The notes below the pieces were generated by a model, which did no database searches, had not been told where the DNA came from, and was given only the letters and a program-made list of their open reading frames with translations. 57,643 nucleotides of DNA. Source: a virus. Its lineage: Duplodnaviria; Caudoviricetes. Both the position numbers and the translations under genes were made by a program. Shown here in pieces: positions 54,688 to 57,643 of the stretch. Within the stretch, counting starts at the first letter, position 1, and every line of letters starts with the position of its first letter. The stretch covers positions 1 through 57,643 of IMG/VR virus record IMGVR_UViG_3300031942_000005; one strand, 5' to 3'.

Positions 54688-56454
54688 GTGGCCTGGTCCA
54701 TCGCCCAGCGCCTCACCGTCACCCCGACGACCAACACCGGGACCTCGATCACCCTGGCCCACGCGCTCGGCTCGGCGGTGTCCACGACGAACCGCATCTT
54801 GCTGTTCATCGGGGTGAGCCACACCGCGGGCTTCATGCCTACCTTCGCCATCAGCGACAGCCTCGGGAGCACCTGGACCCAGCTGCTCATCAACCACGTC
54901 TACACCGCCAGCGGCGGCACCACCTCGCCCGAGATCTGCGTCGTCTACACCTGCGTCCCGGCGTCGGCGGGCACCATGACCATCACCGTCAAGTCCACCC
55001 CCACCGCGAGCAGCACCAACGAGATCGGCTGGACCGCCGCGGAGGTCTCGGGCCTGGACATGTCGGCGGGGAGCGGCTGCCTGCGGACCAGCGGCATCGG
55101 CACGGGCAACCAGGGGGGCAGCGCGTCCACCTCGGTGCCCTGTGGCACCACCGCCGCGGCCGATACCAGCGGCGACCTCGCGCTGGCGTTCGGGACGGAC
55201 TGGGGGGACACCCTCACGTGGTCGGTGAGCGGCACCGGGTTCAGCATCGACACCGGCCTGTCGATCAACGCCAACGCCACCCAGAACGTGGTGGTGGCGA
55301 CCAAGACCGGCACGGGCACCACCGACACCGCGAGCTTCACCTACACCTCGACGGCCACCGCCAACGTGGCGGAGGTCCTCGCCATCAAGATGGTGAGCGC
55401 CCCGCCTACCGGGACCGCTGCCATCGCCCTGGCCGGCACGGCGAGCATCGGGCCGGTCACCGGGCCCGCCGCCCTGGCGCTCATCGCCGCGGGCACCGTG
55501 GGGCCGGTCAGTGGCGGCGCCCTCCTCTCCCTCAGTGCCGCCGCAGCCAGCGCACAGGCCGCGAACGCCACGTTGAGCCTCGGAGCCGCGGCCTCCAGCA
55601 TCGAGGGCGCAGGAGCGAGTCTGAGCCTCTCTGCGGCCCAAGGAGGGGCCGTCGCGGTGAGCGCGGGGGCCACGCTCGACCTCGAAGCCACCGGGGCGAC
55701 ACTCTCGGTGGGGGCGGGCTCGCTCAGCCTGACCGCGGCCGGCGCCATCGTGGCGGGGGCACCCGCGGTCCTGGCGCTGTCCGCCTCGGCCAGCGTCGGG
55801 GCGGTGGCGCAGAGCGCCACGGCGGCCGCCACGGTCGATCTCGAAGCGACGTGCACCGCCACGGGTGGGCAGACCAACCCCACCGCCACCGCGGCGATCG
55901 CCCTGGTGGCCCCGGGCACCCCCACCCAGAGCTTCGCCGCCGGGTCGCTGGCGCTCGCGGCGACGGGGGCGGGGCTGCTGAGCGCGGTGACGGGCACCGT
56001 GGACCTGGAGGCCGCGGTGGGCGCGCCCGTGGCGGTCAGGGGAGGGGCCGCGCTCACCCTCGCGGCGGCGGCGAACGCCGGGGGGACCACCGTGGCGACG
56101 GCCGGCGCGGCGGTGACGCTCCTCGCCACCTCGGCCACGGTGGCGGCGGCGGGAGCGGTGGTCACCCTGGCGGCGCACGGACCGATGCCCAGCGCGGCGG
56201 CGGCGGCGCACGTCACCCTCGGCGCCTCGGCCCTCGCCCAGCCACCCCCGGCGACCGCGGCGGCGGTGGTCGTGCTGCGCGCGCAGATGAGCGCGTGGGT
56301 GGTGCCGATCTTCTACTTCCTCTCGGCGGCCCGCCTCCCCGACTTCGTCGGCGCCACCCGCGACCCCAGCTTCGAGGGCGCCGAGCGCGACCTGGCCCTG
56401 GAGGCGACCGAGCGCGAGCTCGTCGCCGAGGCCGGAGGGACCTGGCGGTCGTGA
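54688..56454 (+). CDS. Ala/Thr-rich fibre protein
   Basis: N-terminal beta domain followed by Ala-rich repeats. Confidence 0.7.
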   Translation: MAWSIAQRLTVTPTTNTGTSITLAHALGSAVSTTNRILLFIGVSHTAGFMPTFAISDSLGSTWTQLLINHVYTASGGTTSPEICVVYTCVPASAGTMTITVKSTPTASSTNEIGWTAAEVSGLDMSAGSGCLRTSGIGTGNQGGSASTSVPCGTTAAADTSGDLALAFGTDWGDTLTWSVSGTGFSIDTGLSINANATQNVVVATKTGTGTTDTASFTYTSTATANVAEVLAIKMVSAPPTGTAAIALAGTASIGPVTGPAALALIAAGTVGPVSGGALLSLSAAAASAQAANATLSLGAAASSIEGAGASLSLSAAQGGAVAVSAGATLDLEATGATLSVGAGSLSLTAAGAIVAGAPAVLALSASASVGAVAQSATAAATVDLEATCTATGGQTNPTATAAIALVAPGTPTQSFAAGSLALAATGAGLLSAVTGTVDLEAAVGAPVAVRGGAALTLAAAANAGGTTVATAGAAVTLLATSATVAAAGAVVTLAAHGPMPSAAAAAHVTLGASALAQPPPATAAAVVVLRAQMSAWVVPIFYFLSAARLPDFVGATRDPSFEGAERDLALEATERELVAEAGGTWRS

Positions 56455-56645
56455 GCGGCGAGTACGGGGCCGGGGACTACGGGGCGGGGCCCTACGGAAC
56501 CGGTGGGGGGACCGCCGGGAGCGGGACGTACGGGAGCGGGCCCTATGGGGCCGGGCTCTACGGCCAGGGTCAGGGCCTGGTGCTCCCGGCTCATCCCATC
56601 GGAGCGTCGCCGCGCCCCACTACGGTCGTGGCGAAGACGCCATGA
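56451..56645 (+). CDS. small YG-repeat protein
   Basis: YGAGDYGAGPYG..YGSGPYGAGLYG; coupled on both sides. Confidence 0.6.
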   Translation: MSGEYGAGDYGAGPYGTGGGTAGSGTYGSGPYGAGLYGQGQGLVLPAHPIGASPRPTTVVAKTP

Positions 56646-56986
56646 CGATGACCTCGATCGCGGCCACCCCGCTCGCCCCCACGCCCAGCCGCTGGGTCAT
56701 GGCGACCACCGAGCAGCTCAACCTGACGCTCAACTGCACGCCGCTGCTCAACGCCGCCGCCAACGAGACGATCCAGAGCGCGACGACCACTCTCACCAAC
56801 GTGTCGGTGGGGCGGGGGACGCCGGTGAGCGGCCTGGCCGCCCCCCAGGTGTCGAACCCCTACATCGGCCAGTTCGTCGTGGGCACCCTGCTGGTGGCCG
56901 GCGACCTGTTCGAGCTCGAGTTCGACTTCCTCACCACGCAGGGCAACCGCTGGACCCAGATCCTGACCATTGCGGTGCCCCGCTGA
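56642..56986 (+). CDS. putative fibre-tail adaptor protein
   Basis: Ig-like beta protein ending TTQGNRWTQILTI; last gene of the fibre cluster. Confidence 0.55.
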   Translation: MTMTSIAATPLAPTPSRWVMATTEQLNLTLNCTPLLNAAANETIQSATTTLTNVSVGRGTPVSGLAAPQVSNPYIGQFVVGTLLVAGDLFELEFDFLTTQGNRWTQILTIAVPR

Positions 56987-57039
56987 TCCGTTAGGGTGTC
57001 AGCGGAGCGATCACTTGGGTGTGGTTTCTCCTCCTGTGT

Positions 57040-57081
57040 GGCAGAGGCCCCTGGTTCTCCCGCCGAACCGGGGGCCTCTGC
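57040..57081. terminator. long GC-rich hairpin at the end of the late operon
   Basis: GCAGAGGCCCCTGGTT...AACCGGGGGCCTCTGC. Confidence 0.6.
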
Positions 57082-57159
57082 GCGTCTAAGTCCCTGCTCA
57101 GCCGCCCTGTGAGCACCCCCCTGGTAGGGTAGGGCCCTTGCCTACACAGGAGGAGACCC

Positions 57160-57643
57160 ATGGCAACGAAACCCAAGGCCTCGGACCGCCAGTACGCGGA
57201 ATCGAGGCACCGCTACACAGATCCCCGGACCGGGGAGCGCCTGGTGAGCGTCACGTCCATCGTCGGGAGCTTCGACCCGGGCGACAAGCTCGGGGCCGGG
57301 GCGGCCGCCGCGGTGAAGCTGACCAAAGAGGGCCAGAACTACCGCAGCGTGTGGGACGCCAAGCGCGACCTGGGCTCGGCGGTGCACGACCTCGCCGCCC
57401 TGTGGGCGCAGGGCAAGGCGGCCGACGTGCCTGAGGAGCTGGCCCCCTACATGGACGGCTTCGAGAAATTCTGCTCGGACTGCTCGCCCACCTTCATCGA
57501 GCAGGAGCGCGCCGTCGTCCACTCGGCGGGCTACGGCGGGCGCTTCGACCTGGTGGCCGAGATGAGCGCCTTCGCCCACGCCGACGAATTCACGCTGCTC
57601 GACCTCAAGACGGGCAAGCCGTACAAGGCGGAGCTGACGCTCC
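57160..57643 (+). CDS. PD-(D/E)XK (RecB/Cas4-like) exonuclease, truncated by the window end
   Basis: ACACAGGAGG start motif; SVTSI, G.AVH, E...YGGRFD...LLDLKTG; translated by hand. Confidence 0.85.
   Translation, partial: MATKPKASDRQYAESRHRYTDPRTGERLVSVTSIVGSFDPGDKLGAGAAAAVKLTKEGQNYRSVWDAKRDLGSAVHDLAALWAQGKAADVPEELAPYMDGFEKFCSDCSPTFIEQERAVVHSAGYGGRFDLVAEMSAFAHADEFTLLDLKTGKPYKAELTL

Larger units (their letters stand above)
1..57643. mobile_element. Tailed dsDNA bacteriophage genome (siphovirus-like), partial and circularly permuted
   Basis: Ordered terminase, portal, MuF, protease, capsid, tail tube, chaperone, tape measure and fibre genes; endolysin; no host housekeeping genes. Confidence 0.97.

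Noticed and set aside
57160-57643. cas4 as part of a CRISPR system
   Set aside because: Solo PD-(D/E)XK nucleases are common in phage recombination modules; no array or other cas genes
1-57643. tRNA/rRNA genes, integrase/att sites, diversity-generating retroelement
   Set aside because: No cloverleaf or T-loop signature, recombinase, reverse transcriptase or TR/VR pair was recognised by eye; tRNAscan-SE and HMM searches were not run

Overview
The window is most of a high-GC tailed dsDNA phage genome (siphovirus-type, circularly permuted). The host is probably an actinobacterium; endolysin wall-binding repeats and the SSB suggest Acidimicrobiia (inference). Layout: (1) 1-11.7 kb rightward: HNH, RusA, a secreted Rpf-like lytic transglycosylase, an array of small lower-GC ORFs joined by nine copies of a 25-bp repeat, a ParB-like/DNA methyltransferase with an intein in its catalytic motif, and a lysis cassette whose endolysin start was disrupted by an HNH gene and rebuilt. 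(2) 11.7-24.7 kb leftward accessory/early block of about 30 small genes (glycosyltransferase, SAM methylase, DUF932, SSB, histone-like protein, GIY-YIG); most leaders carry hairpins plus an ACACAGGAG...CCATG start motif. (3) 24.7-27.4 kb control/terminus region: an RHH gene with five CTGTGGCACA(G/A) palindromes and an 860-bp stretch with no GAC/GTC/GAT/ATC. (4) 27.5-57.0 kb morphogenesis genes from terminase to tail fibres, then a truncated PD-(D/E)XK nuclease. No integrase, tRNA, rRNA or CRISPR array was recognised. The strongest novelty candidates are the repeat-joined, translationally coupled cassette array (4.08-5.74 kb), the motif-purged putative first-injected DNA, and the HNH-rebuilt endolysin start. 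All product calls come from motif recognition by eye; no database searches were run.
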